NCBI GenBank assembly: GCA_038231275.1
Contig: JBBRLQ010000006.1
Location: forward strand, 128,001 to 192,000
Reading direction: 5' to 3'
Source: Polyangiales bacterium
GTDB taxonomy: Bacteria > Myxococcota_A > Polyangia > Polyangiales > Polyangiaceae
DNA length: 64,000 bases
Numbering within the stretch: position 1 is the stretch's first letter; the number at the start of each line of letters is the position of its first letter. The translations under genes and the position numbers were made by a program. Shown here one piece after another: positions 47,867 through 58,112 of this stretch. Below the pieces are notes generated by a model. It was not told where the DNA came from and searched no databases. It saw nothing but the letters and a program-made list of their open reading frames with translations.

Positions 47867-48778
47867 ATGAACATTCTCCGAACGCCCGATGAATCCTTCC
47901 GCGCGCTGCCTGACTATCCGTTCGCGCCGTCGTATTCAGAGGTCGGTGACGGCCTGCGCGTCCATTACGTCGACGAGGGCCCCCGTGGCGGCACGCCGAT
48001 CGTCATGCTGCACGGTGAGCCCTCGTGGAGCTTTCTCTACCGCAAGATGATCCCGCCGTTTGCGCGCGCGGGATTTCGCGCGCTGGCGCCCGACCTCGTC
48101 GGCTTCGGCAAGTCCGACAAGCCGTCCGATCCTTCGGACTACACGTATGCGCGCCACGTCGGATGGATCAGCGCTTGGCTGCGCGCCCTCGACGTCAAGA
48201 ACGCGGTGCTCGTCTGCCAGGATTGGGGATCCTTGATCGGACTGCGCCTCGCCGCCGAGACGGATCACTTCGCACGCGTCGTCGTCGCCAACGGGTTCTT
48301 GCCGACGGCGAACCAGAGCGTCCCCCTCGCCTTTCGGGCCTGGCGCGCCTTCGCGGCGTATTCGCCGGTGTTCCCGATCGGACGCATCGTCGCCGCCGGA
48401 TGCGTCGGCAAGCTCGCGCCCGAGATCGTCGCCGCTTACGACGCCCCGTTTCCGACGCGCGCCCACAAGGCCGGGGCACGCGCGTTTCCGCTCCTCGTTC
48501 CCACGACGGAGAGCGATCCAGCCACTGCCGCAAATCGCGCGGCGTGGGCAACGCTGGGCCGTTGGGAGAAACCGCTGCTCACGCTCTTCGGAAAGAACGA
48601 TCCCATTCTCGGCCGAGCCGACGCGCCGCTGCAGAAGCAAATCCCCGGCGCGAAGGGACAACCACACGAGCGCTTTTGGGGAGGGCACTTCGTGCAGGAG
48701 GATCGCGGGGACTACCTCGCCGAACGGATCCTGAAGTGGCTCGAGACCGGCGCACCTGGGGAAGCCCCGCACGCGTGA
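47867..48778 (+). CDS. Haloalkane dehalogenase
   Basis: [23 protein letters not shown] nucleophile, GHFVQED. Confidence 0.92.
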   Translation: MNILRTPDESFRALPDYPFAPSYSEVGDGLRVHYVDEGPRGGTPIVMLHGEPSWSFLYRKMIPPFARAGFRALAPDLVGFGKSDKPSDPSDYTYARHVGWISAWLRALDVKNAVLVCQDWGSLIGLRLAAETDHFARVVVANGFLPTANQSVPLAFRAWRAFAAYSPVFPIGRIVAAGCVGKLAPEIVAAYDAPFPTRAHKAGARAFPLLVPTTESDPATAANRAAWATLGRWEKPLLTLFGKNDPILGRADAPLQKQIPGAKGQPHERFWGGHFVQEDRGDYLAERILKWLETGAPGEAPHA

Positions 48779-48818
48779 AGCGAGGCGACGCGACGTGGAG
48801 CGCCACGTTCTACCCGTC

Positions 48819-50279
48819 TCAGAATTGCCCGTAAATGAACGGGGCGCGCGTGCTCGCAGCCGCGTTGAGGGCGAGCGCCGCGAGGGCGAGGAGCACGCCC
48901 TGCACGAGGGACGGCGAACGCGCGAACGCGCCCTTCACGCGATCGATCCACGCGTCGGGTACCCAATGGGTGACGGCGCCGAGTGCCATCACCGCGCCGA
49001 TTTGCCAGGTCAGGTGCGGCACGCCTCCGGTGACCTCGCCGATGCGGAGGAGCACCAGCCTGGCGTGCCCGAGCGTCGGCGCGCGGAAGAAGATCCATGC
49101 AAAGCACACATAGTGGAACGTGAAGAACGTCGCCACGACGCGCCCGACCCCGCGCGGCTTCCCTTCCCCGAAGCGGCGCTGCCACACGCGCGTGACGCCG
49201 AGCGCCGCGCCGTGGAGAAATCCCCAGATGACGAAATTCCACGACGCGCCGTGCCACAGGCCGCCGAGCACCATCGTGATCATGAGGTTCCGGTACGTGG
49301 ACAGCGGCCCGCCGCGCGAGCCGCCGAGCGGGATGTACAGGTAGTCGCGCAGCCACGACGACAGCGAGATGTGCCACCGCCGCCAGAAGTCCTGGAGGTT
49401 CACGGCGGTGTACGGCGCGTCGAAGTTCGGCGGGAGCTTGTAGCCGAAGAGGAGCGAGCTCCCGAGCGCCACGTCGGTGTAGCCGCTGAAGTCCGCGTAG
49501 ATCTGGATGGCGTACGCGTACACGCCAATGACGACCTCGAGCGAGGTGAAGCGCTCGGGGTTGCCGAAGACGCGGCCGACGAAGGCGACCGTGAGGTAGT
49601 CGCCGATGATCATCTTCTTCGCGAGTCCCTGCGCGATGAGGAAGAGGCCCCTGCCTTGCTCGCCGTCGTCCCGCGTCGGCGTCGCCGCGAGCTGCGGCAA
49701 CATCATGCGCGGACGAACGATCGGGCCGGCGACGAGGTGCGGGAAGAAACAGACGAAGAGGAGGTAGTCGAGGTACCGGTCGCTCGCCTTGATCTCGCGA
49801 CGGTAGACGTCGATCGTGTAGCTCATCGTCTCGAACGTGAAGAACGAGATGCCGAAGGGCAGCACCAATCGCAGGTGACTCGGCTTCACGCCGACGCCGA
49901 GCGCGTGCGCGACCTCCGCGAACGAGTCGACCGCGAAGTTCCAGTATTTGAACACGGCGAGGACGCCCAGGTAGTAGACGATCGACGCGAGGAGCAGCGC
50001 CTTCCGGGCGTGCGGGTTCTCGGTGCGTTCGAGCTTCCTGCCGATCCAGAAGTCGAGCGAGCTGCCGACGAAGATGATCGACAAACAGAGGAGAGCCCAC
50101 GACCACGGCCCCAGCGGCGCGCCGTGCTCCTTCGCCTCCTCCCACGTGCCGTAGTAGTAAAATCCGTAGCTGATCGTGACGAGGAAGAGGACGCGCGCGA
50201 GCCGGCTCTTGTGGACGAGCCAGAAAATCGCGAACGCGAGGACGAGGAAGACCCCGTAGAGGGGACTGTTGAAGAGCAT
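48819..50279 (-). CDS. MBOAT O-acyltransferase (AlgI/PatA type)
   Basis: LPFGISFFTF, FFPHLVAGPI, DFSGYTD, FWRRWHISLS, GLWHGA. Confidence 0.95.
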   Translation of the reverse strand: MLFNSPLYGVFLVLAFAIFWLVHKSRLARVLFLVTISYGFYYYGTWEEAKEHGAPLGPWSWALLCLSIIFVGSSLDFWIGRKLERTENPHARKALLLASIVYYLGVLAVFKYWNFAVDSFAEVAHALGVGVKPSHLRLVLPFGISFFTFETMSYTIDVYRREIKASDRYLDYLLFVCFFPHLVAGPIVRPRMMLPQLAATPTRDDGEQGRGLFLIAQGLAKKMIIGDYLTVAFVGRVFGNPERFTSLEVVIGVYAYAIQIYADFSGYTDVALGSSLLFGYKLPPNFDAPYTAVNLQDFWRRWHISLSSWLRDYLYIPLGGSRGGPLSTYRNLMITMVLGGLWHGASWNFVIWGFLHGAALGVTRVWQRRFGEGKPRGVGRVVATFFTFHYVCFAWIFFRAPTLGHARLVLLRIGEVTGGVPHLTWQIGAVMALGAVTHWVPDAWIDRVKGAFARSPSLVQGVLLALAALALNAAASTRAPFIYGQF

Positions 50280-50286
50280 CCGTCTG

Positions 50287-50333
50287 CGACCCCGACTCCG
50301 ACTCCGACTCCGACGCCGACGCCGACTCCGACT
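50287..50333. repeat. (CCGACN)n hexamer tract in the divergent MBOAT/SGNH intergenic region
   Basis: About 8 units just upstream of the MBOAT ATG. Confidence 0.85.
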
Positions 50334-50371
50334 GACGTACCACGAAATCCCGCGTACGATACCCACGTCGT

Positions 50372-51808
50372 ATGCATCCGCTGTTCGGCAAGACCAGCCG
50401 CGCGCTCGTGGTCATGGGCCTCCTCCTCGCGCTCCCCTACGCGTCGCCGAAGCTCCGTAAATTCCGGATCGCGCCGCTCGCTTCGGACCGCGCCGCCGAA
50501 GCGAGCGCCGTCCCCACCGCCGACGCGCTCGCGGTCGGGGAGGCGACGCTCTCCGCCTCCAAGAACGAGGCCACGATCACCAACGCTCTCCCCGAGACGA
50601 CCAAGCCGATCGAGGTCGACCCGTCCGTCCTCGCCAAGGCCGCCGGCTCGCTCGCCCTCGAGGACGAGACGGGGCACGCGATGGATGCATTTTACACGCA
50701 CCTCGCCGCGACGATCCGCAAGGATCCAGGCGCGATCACGCGCGTCCTGCACTACGGCGACTCGCTCATCACCAGCGACTTCATCAGCGGCACGATGCGC
50801 CGCAAGATGCAGGGCGCGTTCGGCGACGCCGGGCACGGGTTCATCCTCATCGCCAACGCGTGGGACTGGTACTTCCACAACGACGTGGCGCACTCGGCGA
50901 GCGAAGGGTGGTCGATGAGCCGCATCACCGGGCCGCTCAACGGCGACGGGATGTACGGCCTCGGCGGCGTCTCGTTCCGCGCGAGCGGCCCTGCGTCCGC
51001 CACGTTCGCGACGAAGGACGCCGCGAAGGGCGCCGAGTTCGGCACCAAGGCGTCACGCTTCGATCTCTACTACCTCGAGCAGCCAGGCGGCGGCGGCGTG
51101 GGGCTCTACGCGAAGGGGCTCGCGCCGGAGACGCTGTCGACGCAAGGTCCGAAGAAGGTGTCGCGGGTCCATTCGATCGCGGTCCCCGACGGCCCGGCGC
51201 AGCTCACGATCAAAGCGTGGGGCGAGGGCGCGCGCCTGTTCGGCGTCGCGATGGAGCGCGACGTACCCGGTGTCGTCTACGACGCGCTCGGGGCGAACGG
51301 CGCGCGCGTGAAGCTCCTCGAGGCGATGAACGCCGATCACTGGACCGAGCAGATGCAGCTGCGAAAGCCCGCGCTCGTGATCCTCCAGTATGGAACGAAC
51401 GAGACGGCGTGGGGCTTCGACGAGAGCTACGAGAAAGTGCTGACCGGAATCGTGCAGCGCGTGAAGGCGGCGGCGCCCGACGCGTCGATCTTGATCCTGG
51501 CGCCGCTCGATCGCGCCGAGAAGGTCGCCGGCGGCATGAAGACGATGCCGGTCATCCCAAAGCTCGTGGCCGCGCAGAAGAACGTCGCGCGCGACGAGAA
51601 AGTCGCGTTCTGGAACACGTACGAGGCGATGGGCGGCGAGGGCGCGATGGGAAAGTGGGTGAAGGCGAACCCGCAGCTCGCCGGATGGGATCTCACCCAC
51701 CCGACGCCCGAAGGGGCAGAGCTCATCGGCGGCATGCTCTACGCGGCGATCGTCGCGGGATACCAGGCGTACGCGAGCACGCACCCCGACGCGCCGAAGG
51801 TGCCGTAG
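50372..51808 (+). CDS. SGNH/GDSL protein (PatB/Ape-like O-acetyltransferase or esterase)
   Basis: YGDS, GANG, YGTNE, DLTH. Confidence 0.85.
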   Translation: MHPLFGKTSRALVVMGLLLALPYASPKLRKFRIAPLASDRAAEASAVPTADALAVGEATLSASKNEATITNALPETTKPIEVDPSVLAKAAGSLALEDETGHAMDAFYTHLAATIRKDPGAITRVLHYGDSLITSDFISGTMRRKMQGAFGDAGHGFILIANAWDWYFHNDVAHSASEGWSMSRITGPLNGDGMYGLGGVSFRASGPASATFATKDAAKGAEFGTKASRFDLYYLEQPGGGGVGLYAKGLAPETLSTQGPKKVSRVHSIAVPDGPAQLTIKAWGEGARLFGVAMERDVPGVVYDALGANGARVKLLEAMNADHWTEQMQLRKPALVILQYGTNETAWGFDESYEKVLTGIVQRVKAAAPDASILILAPLDRAEKVAGGMKTMPVIPKLVAAQKNVARDEKVAFWNTYEAMGGEGAMGKWVKANPQLAGWDLTHPTPEGAELIGGMLYAAIVAGYQAYASTHPDAPKVP

Positions 51809-51855
51809 TTTTTCCCTGGCAACGGGCGGCAGAACCGGCGCATCGCACCCGGGCC

Positions 51856-52890
51856 ATGCCCACCAAAGCCTACGCCGCGCAAAACGCCACGTCCCCGGTC
51901 GCCCCGTTCTCGATCGAGAGGAGGGAGCCGCGCGAGAAGGACGTCGTCATCGAGATCTCGCACTGCGGCGTCTGCCACTCGGATCTGCATCAGGTCAGAA
52001 ACGAATGGCAAAACTCGATCTACCCGATGGTGCCGGGCCACGAGATCGTCGGCAAGGTCACGCGCGTCGGCGCCAAAGTCACGAAGCTGGCCGTAGGCGA
52101 CACCGCCGGCGTCGGGTGCCTCATCGACTCGTGCGGCGAGTGCGCTTCCTGCAAAGCGGGGCTGGAGCAGTATTGCGCCGGCTTCGTCGGGACGTACAAC
52201 GCCTACGAGAAGGGCACGAAAGACATCGCGCAGGGCGGCTACTCCGAGCGCATCGTGGTCGACGAGGCGTTCGCGCTGAAGGTCTCCCCCAAGCTGGACC
52301 TCGCGCGCGTCGCGCCGCTGCTCTGCGCCGGGATCACGACGTACTCGCCGCTCCGCCACTGGAAGGTCGACAAGGGGCAGCGTGTCGGCGTCGTCGGGCT
52401 CGGTGGTCTCGGCCACATGGGCGTCAAGTTCGCGCGCGCGTTCGGCGCCGAGGTCGTCGTCTTCACGACGTCGCCGAGCGACGCGCTCACTCTCGGCGCG
52501 CACGAGGTGGTCATCTCCAAAGACACCGCCGCGATGACCGCGCAGGCCGGCCGCTTCGACGACGTGCTCGACACGGTGTCGGCGCCGCACGACTACAACG
52601 CGCTCGTCAGCCTCCTGAAGCGTGATGGCGCGCTTACGCTCGTCGGCGCGCCCCCGACGCCGGCGCAGATCTTCGGCTTCGGCCTCATCATGCAGCGACG
52701 CAGCGTCGCCGGCTCGCTCATCGGCGGCATCGCCGAGACGCAGGAAATGCTCGATTTCTGCGCCAAGCACGAGATCATGAGCGACGTCGAGGTCATCCCC
52801 GTGACGAAGGTGAACGAGTCCTACGAGCGCATGCTCAAGGGCGACGTGAAGTACCGCTTCGTCATCGACATCGCCACGCTCCGCGCGTGA
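51856..52890 (+). CDS. NADP-dependent Zn alcohol dehydrogenase (YahK/CAD family)
   Basis: CHSD, GHEIVG, C..C..C...C, APLLCAGIT, GLGGLG. Confidence 0.93.
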   Translation: MPTKAYAAQNATSPVAPFSIERREPREKDVVIEISHCGVCHSDLHQVRNEWQNSIYPMVPGHEIVGKVTRVGAKVTKLAVGDTAGVGCLIDSCGECASCKAGLEQYCAGFVGTYNAYEKGTKDIAQGGYSERIVVDEAFALKVSPKLDLARVAPLLCAGITTYSPLRHWKVDKGQRVGVVGLGGLGHMGVKFARAFGAEVVVFTTSPSDALTLGAHEVVISKDTAAMTAQAGRFDDVLDTVSAPHDYNALVSLLKRDGALTLVGAPPTPAQIFGFGLIMQRRSVAGSLIGGIAETQEMLDFCAKHEIMSDVEVIPVTKVNESYERMLKGDVKYRFVIDIATLRA

Positions 52891-52914
52891 CGGCCGCGGC
52901 GCCGGCGCCGGCTA

Positions 52915-54399
52915 CTACTGCAAATTCGCGTTCGCGATGATGCTCGCGGCCGGCGGCGGCGACGGGAGCACCGGGGCCGGCGACGGGGAGGCCGGGACCG
53001 GCGGCGGCACGGTCGTCGGCGCGAGCCCGTTCTCGCCGCGCCACGCGCCGTACGCGCGGATGAGGTCGGCCGCGAACGTGTTCGCGAGGAACGCATAGCC
53101 GTCGCGCGTGAGGTGGACGTGATCCTTCGTGGCGCGCGAGCTGGGCTCGTTGGCCCACGCGGCGATCGAGCCCTCGCCACCCATCGCGGCGAATTGGTTG
53201 TAGTATGCACACCCGGCCGCCCGGGCGACGCGCTGCTGGGTCTCGATGACCTCGACGAGCTTGGGCATGGTCGCCCATCCGTGATCGGTCGTGCGCGTCG
53301 CGCGATCGGGCGGGCCCATCAAGAGGCACGCGGCGGTGGGGACGGCGCGGGCGATGCGGCCGAGGAGATCGACGAGCTGGCGTTCGTACGTGGCGGGCGA
53401 CGTGTCGTCCCCGGCCTCGTTGGTGCCGTACGCGAGGACGACGAGATCGGGCGCGCGGTGGCGGAGCTGCTCGCTGAGGTGCGCCTCGTTCCACTGGAGC
53501 GCCGTCGTCACGCGCGCGCCGTTGATGCCGAGCGCGTCGAGGGTGAGCCCGACCTGAGGGCGATCGAGCAGCATGCCGAAGATGCGCACGTCGCCGTCGC
53601 CCACCGCGCGGACCTCCACGTGGTGCGGCGCGTCGGCGACGTCGAAGGACTGGAACGCCGAGCCGACGGTGGCCGCGCTGGTCCCGACGCGCCCGACCTT
53701 GGCGCCGTCGACGAACACGTCGAACGATCCGCCGCGCGGCTGCTGGAGGAACGAGAGCTCGATCTTCGGCGCCTTGGTCGTGAGCTCCGCCCAGGCGCGC
53801 GCGCCGTGCTGGCTGGTCGCGATGGATGCGCCGCCGAGGCCGTAGAGACCGTCACCAACGAATTTTCCCTTCACGTAGCGACCGCGCTCGCTCGGGAAAT
53901 CTTTGGTGCTGCCGACGCGGAGCCCCTCCTGCACGTAGTGCGGGTAGACGTGGCCGATGCCGACGAAGCCGCGGCCACCGTCGCCGAAGCGGGCCTGGAG
54001 CGCGCGCCGGATCGGGCCGGTCTCGTAGTCGGCAGCGGTGTGCGAGTCGCCAAACTGGAGGATGCGAACGTCGTCGTGGGCGCGACCTTCCTCGACGCGG
54101 GCCAGCGACTCGAAGAAACGCTTCAGCGCCGGGTACCCCTCGAGCGAGCCGACGGTGCCGGGGACGCGCGGCTGGCCAATCGTCACGAGCGGCGCTGCGG
54201 CAGGCGCGGCCGGTGCGACCGGTACGACCTGAGGCGTCACATCGGTTCCATCGGCGACCGTGGGCGATGCCGGACGGTAAATCCGCGGCGACGTGGCCAC
54301 GTCCTCGCTCTGCGGCGGAGGGCCCGCGCGGTACGGCGCCGCGTCCGCGCACGCGGAGACGGCGACGAGGAGCGTGGTGGCGAGGAAGGGACTACGCAC
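52915..54399 (-). CDS. SGNH/GDSL lipoprotein (PatB/Ape-like)
   Basis: Lipobox VSAC; FGDSH, GING, YGTNE, DHVH; paralogous to 50372..51808. Confidence 0.85.
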   Translation of the reverse strand: MRSPFLATTLLVAVSACADAAPYRAGPPPQSEDVATSPRIYRPASPTVADGTDVTPQVVPVAPAAPAAAPLVTIGQPRVPGTVGSLEGYPALKRFFESLARVEEGRAHDDVRILQFGDSHTAADYETGPIRRALQARFGDGGRGFVGIGHVYPHYVQEGLRVGSTKDFPSERGRYVKGKFVGDGLYGLGGASIATSQHGARAWAELTTKAPKIELSFLQQPRGGSFDVFVDGAKVGRVGTSAATVGSAFQSFDVADAPHHVEVRAVGDGDVRIFGMLLDRPQVGLTLDALGINGARVTTALQWNEAHLSEQLRHRAPDLVVLAYGTNEAGDDTSPATYERQLVDLLGRIARAVPTAACLLMGPPDRATRTTDHGWATMPKLVEVIETQQRVARAAGCAYYNQFAAMGGEGSIAAWANEPSSRATKDHVHLTRDGYAFLANTFAADLIRAYGAWRGENGLAPTTVPPPVPASPSPAPVLPSPPPAASIIANANLQ

Positions 54400-54526
54400 G
54401 GCGAGTGTAAATCGTGACAGAAACCGGAGTTCGGCGGAAGTTTTCCGCCGGATTTGCCGCCGGCGCAAGCCCGAACGGGCGGGCGCCCCGTCCGCCGTGC
54501 CTCGGGAGGTGATATGTCTCGGCGCG

Positions 54527-54976
54527 ATGTGGGAGGGCGCGAAAGCCACGTTCGCCGTCGCCTGGGTGACCCTCCAGGCCGTCCTCGTCGCCGGGTCCGG
54601 GCAGCGCCCCGACGGAGCCTTCGGCTTCCGCATGTTCAGCGAGTCGTCGACGATCGAGGTCCACCTGTTCCGCGATACCGCAGACGGCGCGCGCGTGGAG
54701 GTCGAGGGCGGCGAGTGGGTCGCCAAAGATCGCGACGGGATCCCGCGCCGCATCTCCTGGGGCGCGCACGTGAAAGAGCCGAACCTCACGGTCTTCGGCG
54801 TCACGATGCACGCCGCGTACGGAGCCGCCGCGCAGACGCAGCGCTGGTCGGCGGCGCTCGAGTACGTGGCCCGCCACATCCCCGACGACGCCGAGACGCG
54901 CGCCCTCGCGCTCGAGCTGTGCGTCCGCCGCAACGGCCGACCCAAGACCGTCACGCACGTTCAGGTCCGGCGGTAG
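54527..54976 (+). CDS. Small partner of the HTTM protein (SdpA-like/carboxylase lumenal-domain-like)
   Basis: N-terminal TM then DGAFGFRMF; 4 bp upstream of the HTTM gene. Confidence 0.6.
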   Translation: MWEGAKATFAVAWVTLQAVLVAGSGQRPDGAFGFRMFSESSTIEVHLFRDTADGARVEVEGGEWVAKDRDGIPRRISWGAHVKEPNLTVFGVTMHAAYGAAAQTQRWSAALEYVARHIPDDAETRALALELCVRRNGRPKTVTHVQVRR

Positions 54977-54980
54977 CGCG

Positions 54981-56081
54981 GTGCCCGAGCTCTTCCGGCG
55001 GTGGGCCAACGAGGTCGGCGACGCGTTCACCCTCGGCCTGGTTCGTTCGATCATGGGCGGCTTCCTCTTCTTGCAGGCGCTGTCGGCCGCCGGCGATCTG
55101 GCGCGCGTCGGCTACTTTGGCGACCACTTCCACCTGCCGTTCATTCCCGAGCGCTTCGTGGCGTCGCACGACGCGTACGTGGTGATCCTCGCGGTGCGCA
55201 TCCTCCTCGCGGTGATGGTGACGGTCGGCCACCGCGCCCGGCTGGCCCTCTTGGGGAGCGCCGCGCTCGGCGTCTACACGCTCCTCTGCAACCGCGTGGA
55301 GTTCCACCACAACCGCTACTCGCTCTACTGCTACGCGTTCTTGATCGCCCTCGGCCCGTGCGATCGCGCAATCGCGATCACGCGCGACGAGTCGCCCTCG
55401 CACGGCGCGCCGATGTGGGCGCAGCGCCTCGCGCAGCTCCAGGTGTCGATCGTGTACCTGGCCTCCGGCGCGTCCAAGCTGCTCGATCCCGACTGGCGCG
55501 ACGGCCTCGTCCTCTCCGATCGCTTCGCGCGCTACGCGTACCAGGCGCTCGAGAAGGGCGTGCCGCAGTCGGTGGTGGACGCGTTCGGCACGCCAGCGGC
55601 GACGAGCGCGCTCGCGAAGGCGGCGATCGCGACCGAGCTGTTCTTGGCGATCGGGCTCCTCGACAAGCGAACGCGCGTCTTCGCGCTGTGGTGGGGCACG
55701 ATGTTTCACCTGACGATCGAGGCGACGAGCAAGGTCGAGATCTTCACGTGGCTGACGCTCACGATGTACGCCCTCTTCGCGACGCCGGACGTGCGGGCGC
55801 GAAAGCTCTTCTTCGATCCGTCGCGCGCGCGTGGACGGACGATCGCGCGCACCGTGCGGCTGCTCGACTGGCTCGCCCGGTTCGACGTAAAGGCGTGGAC
55901 GCCCGACGATCTGAAGCAGGGGCACTCGATCGTCGTCGTCCGCCGCGACGGGACGCGCGCGACGGGCATCCGCGCGCTCGCCATGTGTGCCCGCACGCTC
56001 CCGCTACTGTTTCCGCTCTGGGCGCCGCTCGCGTTCGTAGCGAGCTTCACGAAGGGCGGCGACGCGAGCGCGCAAGCGTGA
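54981..56081 (+). CDS. HTTM-domain protein with degenerate DCC1-like C-terminal domain
   Basis: FHHNRY, IVYLASGASKL..DW.DG, ELFL, FHL.IE; FFDPS...RLLDW...DG..TG..A. Confidence 0.8.
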   Translation: MPELFRRWANEVGDAFTLGLVRSIMGGFLFLQALSAAGDLARVGYFGDHFHLPFIPERFVASHDAYVVILAVRILLAVMVTVGHRARLALLGSAALGVYTLLCNRVEFHHNRYSLYCYAFLIALGPCDRAIAITRDESPSHGAPMWAQRLAQLQVSIVYLASGASKLLDPDWRDGLVLSDRFARYAYQALEKGVPQSVVDAFGTPAATSALAKAAIATELFLAIGLLDKRTRVFALWWGTMFHLTIEATSKVEIFTWLTLTMYALFATPDVRARKLFFDPSRARGRTIARTVRLLDWLARFDVKAWTPDDLKQGHSIVVVRRDGTRATGIRALAMCARTLPLLFPLWAPLAFVASFTKGGDASAQA

Positions 56082-56105
56082 CGCGAAGGGAGTAGAGTTC
56101 TCGGG

Positions 56106-56789
56106 ATGCGGGCGCTCCTGGTCGAGGACGATCGAAGGGTCGCGGAGGTCGTGAAGGCCGCCCTTGGCCGCGAAGGTCACTCGCTCGTGACGGCCACGTC
56201 GTGCGCGCAAGCGGAGGAGGCGCTCGACGGCAACTCGTTCGCCGTGGCGATCCTCGACGTCGGGCTCCCCGACGGATCCGGGCTGGATCTGTGCAGAGCC
56301 ATCCGCGCGCGTGGCCTCGATCTGCCGATCCTCCTTCTCACGGCGCGCAACGGCGTGGAGGACCGCGTAGGCGGGCTCGACGCAGGCGCCGACGACTATC
56401 TCGGAAAGCCCTTCGCGCCGGCGGAGCTCGCCGCGCGTGTGAGAGCCCTCGGGCGTCGCGGTCCGCGCTGGAGCGAGTCGTCGCGCGCGTACGGCGCGAT
56501 CGTCATCGATCGCGATCGCCGAACGGTCACGCGGGACGGCGCTCGGGTGCCGCTCACGCCGCGCGAGCTCGACGTCGTCGTGACGCTCGCGTGGCGCGAC
56601 GGTCGAGTGGTCGCGCGCGACGAGCTGCTCGAGATCGTGTGGGGCGAGATCACCGAAGGGGCCGCGGGGAGCCTCGAGGTCGTCGTCGCCCGCGCGCGAC
56701 GAAAGCTCCAGACGTCAGAGGGCAGCTGCATCCGAACCATCCGAGGGACCGGCTACGCATGGGGGCTATCCGTCTCGAAGCCAGGCTAA
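56106..56789 (+). CDS. OmpR/PhoB family response regulator
   Basis: LLVEDD, LDVGLPD, GADDYLGKPF, IRTIRGTGY. Confidence 0.95.
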   Translation: MRALLVEDDRRVAEVVKAALGREGHSLVTATSCAQAEEALDGNSFAVAILDVGLPDGSGLDLCRAIRARGLDLPILLLTARNGVEDRVGGLDAGADDYLGKPFAPAELAARVRALGRRGPRWSESSRAYGAIVIDRDRRTVTRDGARVPLTPRELDVVVTLAWRDGRVVARDELLEIVWGEITEGAAGSLEVVVARARRKLQTSEGSCIRTIRGTGYAWGLSVSKPG

Positions 56790-58078
56790 GGACGCGCCTC
56801 GCGATCGTGCTCGTCCCGCTGCTCACGGCGGTCGGTGTCGCGGCGGTGGCGGTGACCGCGCACGCGCTCGACGCGGCGGACGACACGCGCGCGCGCTCGG
56901 TGGCGTACGCGGTGGCGCTGACCGTGCGGGCAGAGCTCGCCGAGGGAGATTCGTTCGCCGACGCGGCGCACGAGAGCGTCGCACCGTACGACGCGCGCGA
57001 CGTCCAGATTTTCGTGGGAGTGAAGGGCCCTGCGACGGGGCTCCCCACGGAGCTCGCGGGCGTGACGTCGGACCGCTGCGACGCGCTTTCGCGCGGCGGG
57101 GTTCCGTGGCGCGCGTGCGCGGCGAGGTTAGACGACCTCCACGTGACGGTGGCCGTGCGCACCGAGGCACATCGCGCCGTCGTGCGTACGCTTGCCCAGT
57201 GGATGCTCGCCGTCCTCGCGCTCGCGCTGCTCGGAACGTTCGTCGCGCTGCGCTTCTCGCTCCGTTCGCCGCTCCGCTCGCTGGTGCGTCTCGCAGAGTG
57301 GGCGGACGGCGCGGCGGCGACCGAGCTCGCGTCACCGCCGACCGGAGGCACGGTCGAGATCGATATCTTGTCCGCCGCGTTCGATCGCCTGGTGAAACAA
57401 CTGCTCGACGTCCTCTCGCGCGAGCGCGCGAACAGCGCGCACATCGCCCACGAACTGCGGACGCCACTCACGGCGATCACCGCAGAGCTCGCGGCGATGC
57501 CCTCCACCGGTGCCGATGCCGTCGCACGCGTTCGCTCCGACGCCGCGCGTCTCACGCGGGTCATCGACGCCATCCTCCTCCTCTCTGGACCGCCGCAGTC
57601 GAAGCGCGGCGACAGCGTGGTCAACGTCGCCGACGTCGCGCGGAAACTCGCCCCCCCGGGCGCGGCGCTCACGGCGCCCGACGAGGCGCTCGTGGAGGCC
57701 GATCCCCACCTCGTCGAGCTCGCGATCGTGAACCTCCTAGAGAACGCAACGAAGTACGCCGCGGCGGGCGCGCGCGCGGTGAAGGTGACGCGCGAGGCCG
57801 ACCTCGTGCGGGTGAGCGTGGTCGACGACGGCCCCGCCCCCGACGCCGCGGCGCGCGAGCAGATGTTCGATCGGTACTGGCGCGAGGCGGGCTCGGGCGC
57901 CGGAAGCGGCCTCGGCCTGGCGCTCGTTCGTGCCGTGGCGCGCAGGCACGGAGGCGAAGCGACCGCGCGCGACGCCGATCGCGCGCCGGGGCTCGACGTC
58001 GGCTTCACGATGGGCCCCCTCCTCGAGTGGCACGACGCGCCGCCGACGGATGAGGTCTCGTCGGCCGGCATCCGTTAA
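56759..58078 (+). CDS. Sensor histidine kinase
   Basis: Two TM, HAMP, AHELRTPL, NLLENATKY, GSGLGL. Confidence 0.92.
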   Translation: MGAIRLEARLRTRLAIVLVPLLTAVGVAAVAVTAHALDAADDTRARSVAYAVALTVRAELAEGDSFADAAHESVAPYDARDVQIFVGVKGPATGLPTELAGVTSDRCDALSRGGVPWRACAARLDDLHVTVAVRTEAHRAVVRTLAQWMLAVLALALLGTFVALRFSLRSPLRSLVRLAEWADGAAATELASPPTGGTVEIDILSAAFDRLVKQLLDVLSRERANSAHIAHELRTPLTAITAELAAMPSTGADAVARVRSDAARLTRVIDAILLLSGPPQSKRGDSVVNVADVARKLAPPGAALTAPDEALVEADPHLVELAIVNLLENATKYAAAGARAVKVTREADLVRVSVVDDGPAPDAAAREQMFDRYWREAGSGAGSGLGLALVRAVARRHGGEATARDADRAPGLDVGFTMGPLLEWHDAPPTDEVSSAGIR

Positions 58079-58092
58079 GCTGTCGTTCAGCT
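58073..58092 (+). promoter_or_regulatory. OmpR/PhoB-type direct-repeat box
   Basis: CGTTAAGCT-gt-CGTTCAGCT, 11-bp period, upstream of tolC. Confidence 0.6.
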
Positions 58093-58112
58093 TCAACGCG
58101 TAACGTAGGGCG

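Noticed and set aside
52460-52500. adh pseudogene (short segment at TTSPSDAL)
   Set aside because: At most a small in-frame deletion; frame and all Zn ligands are intact.
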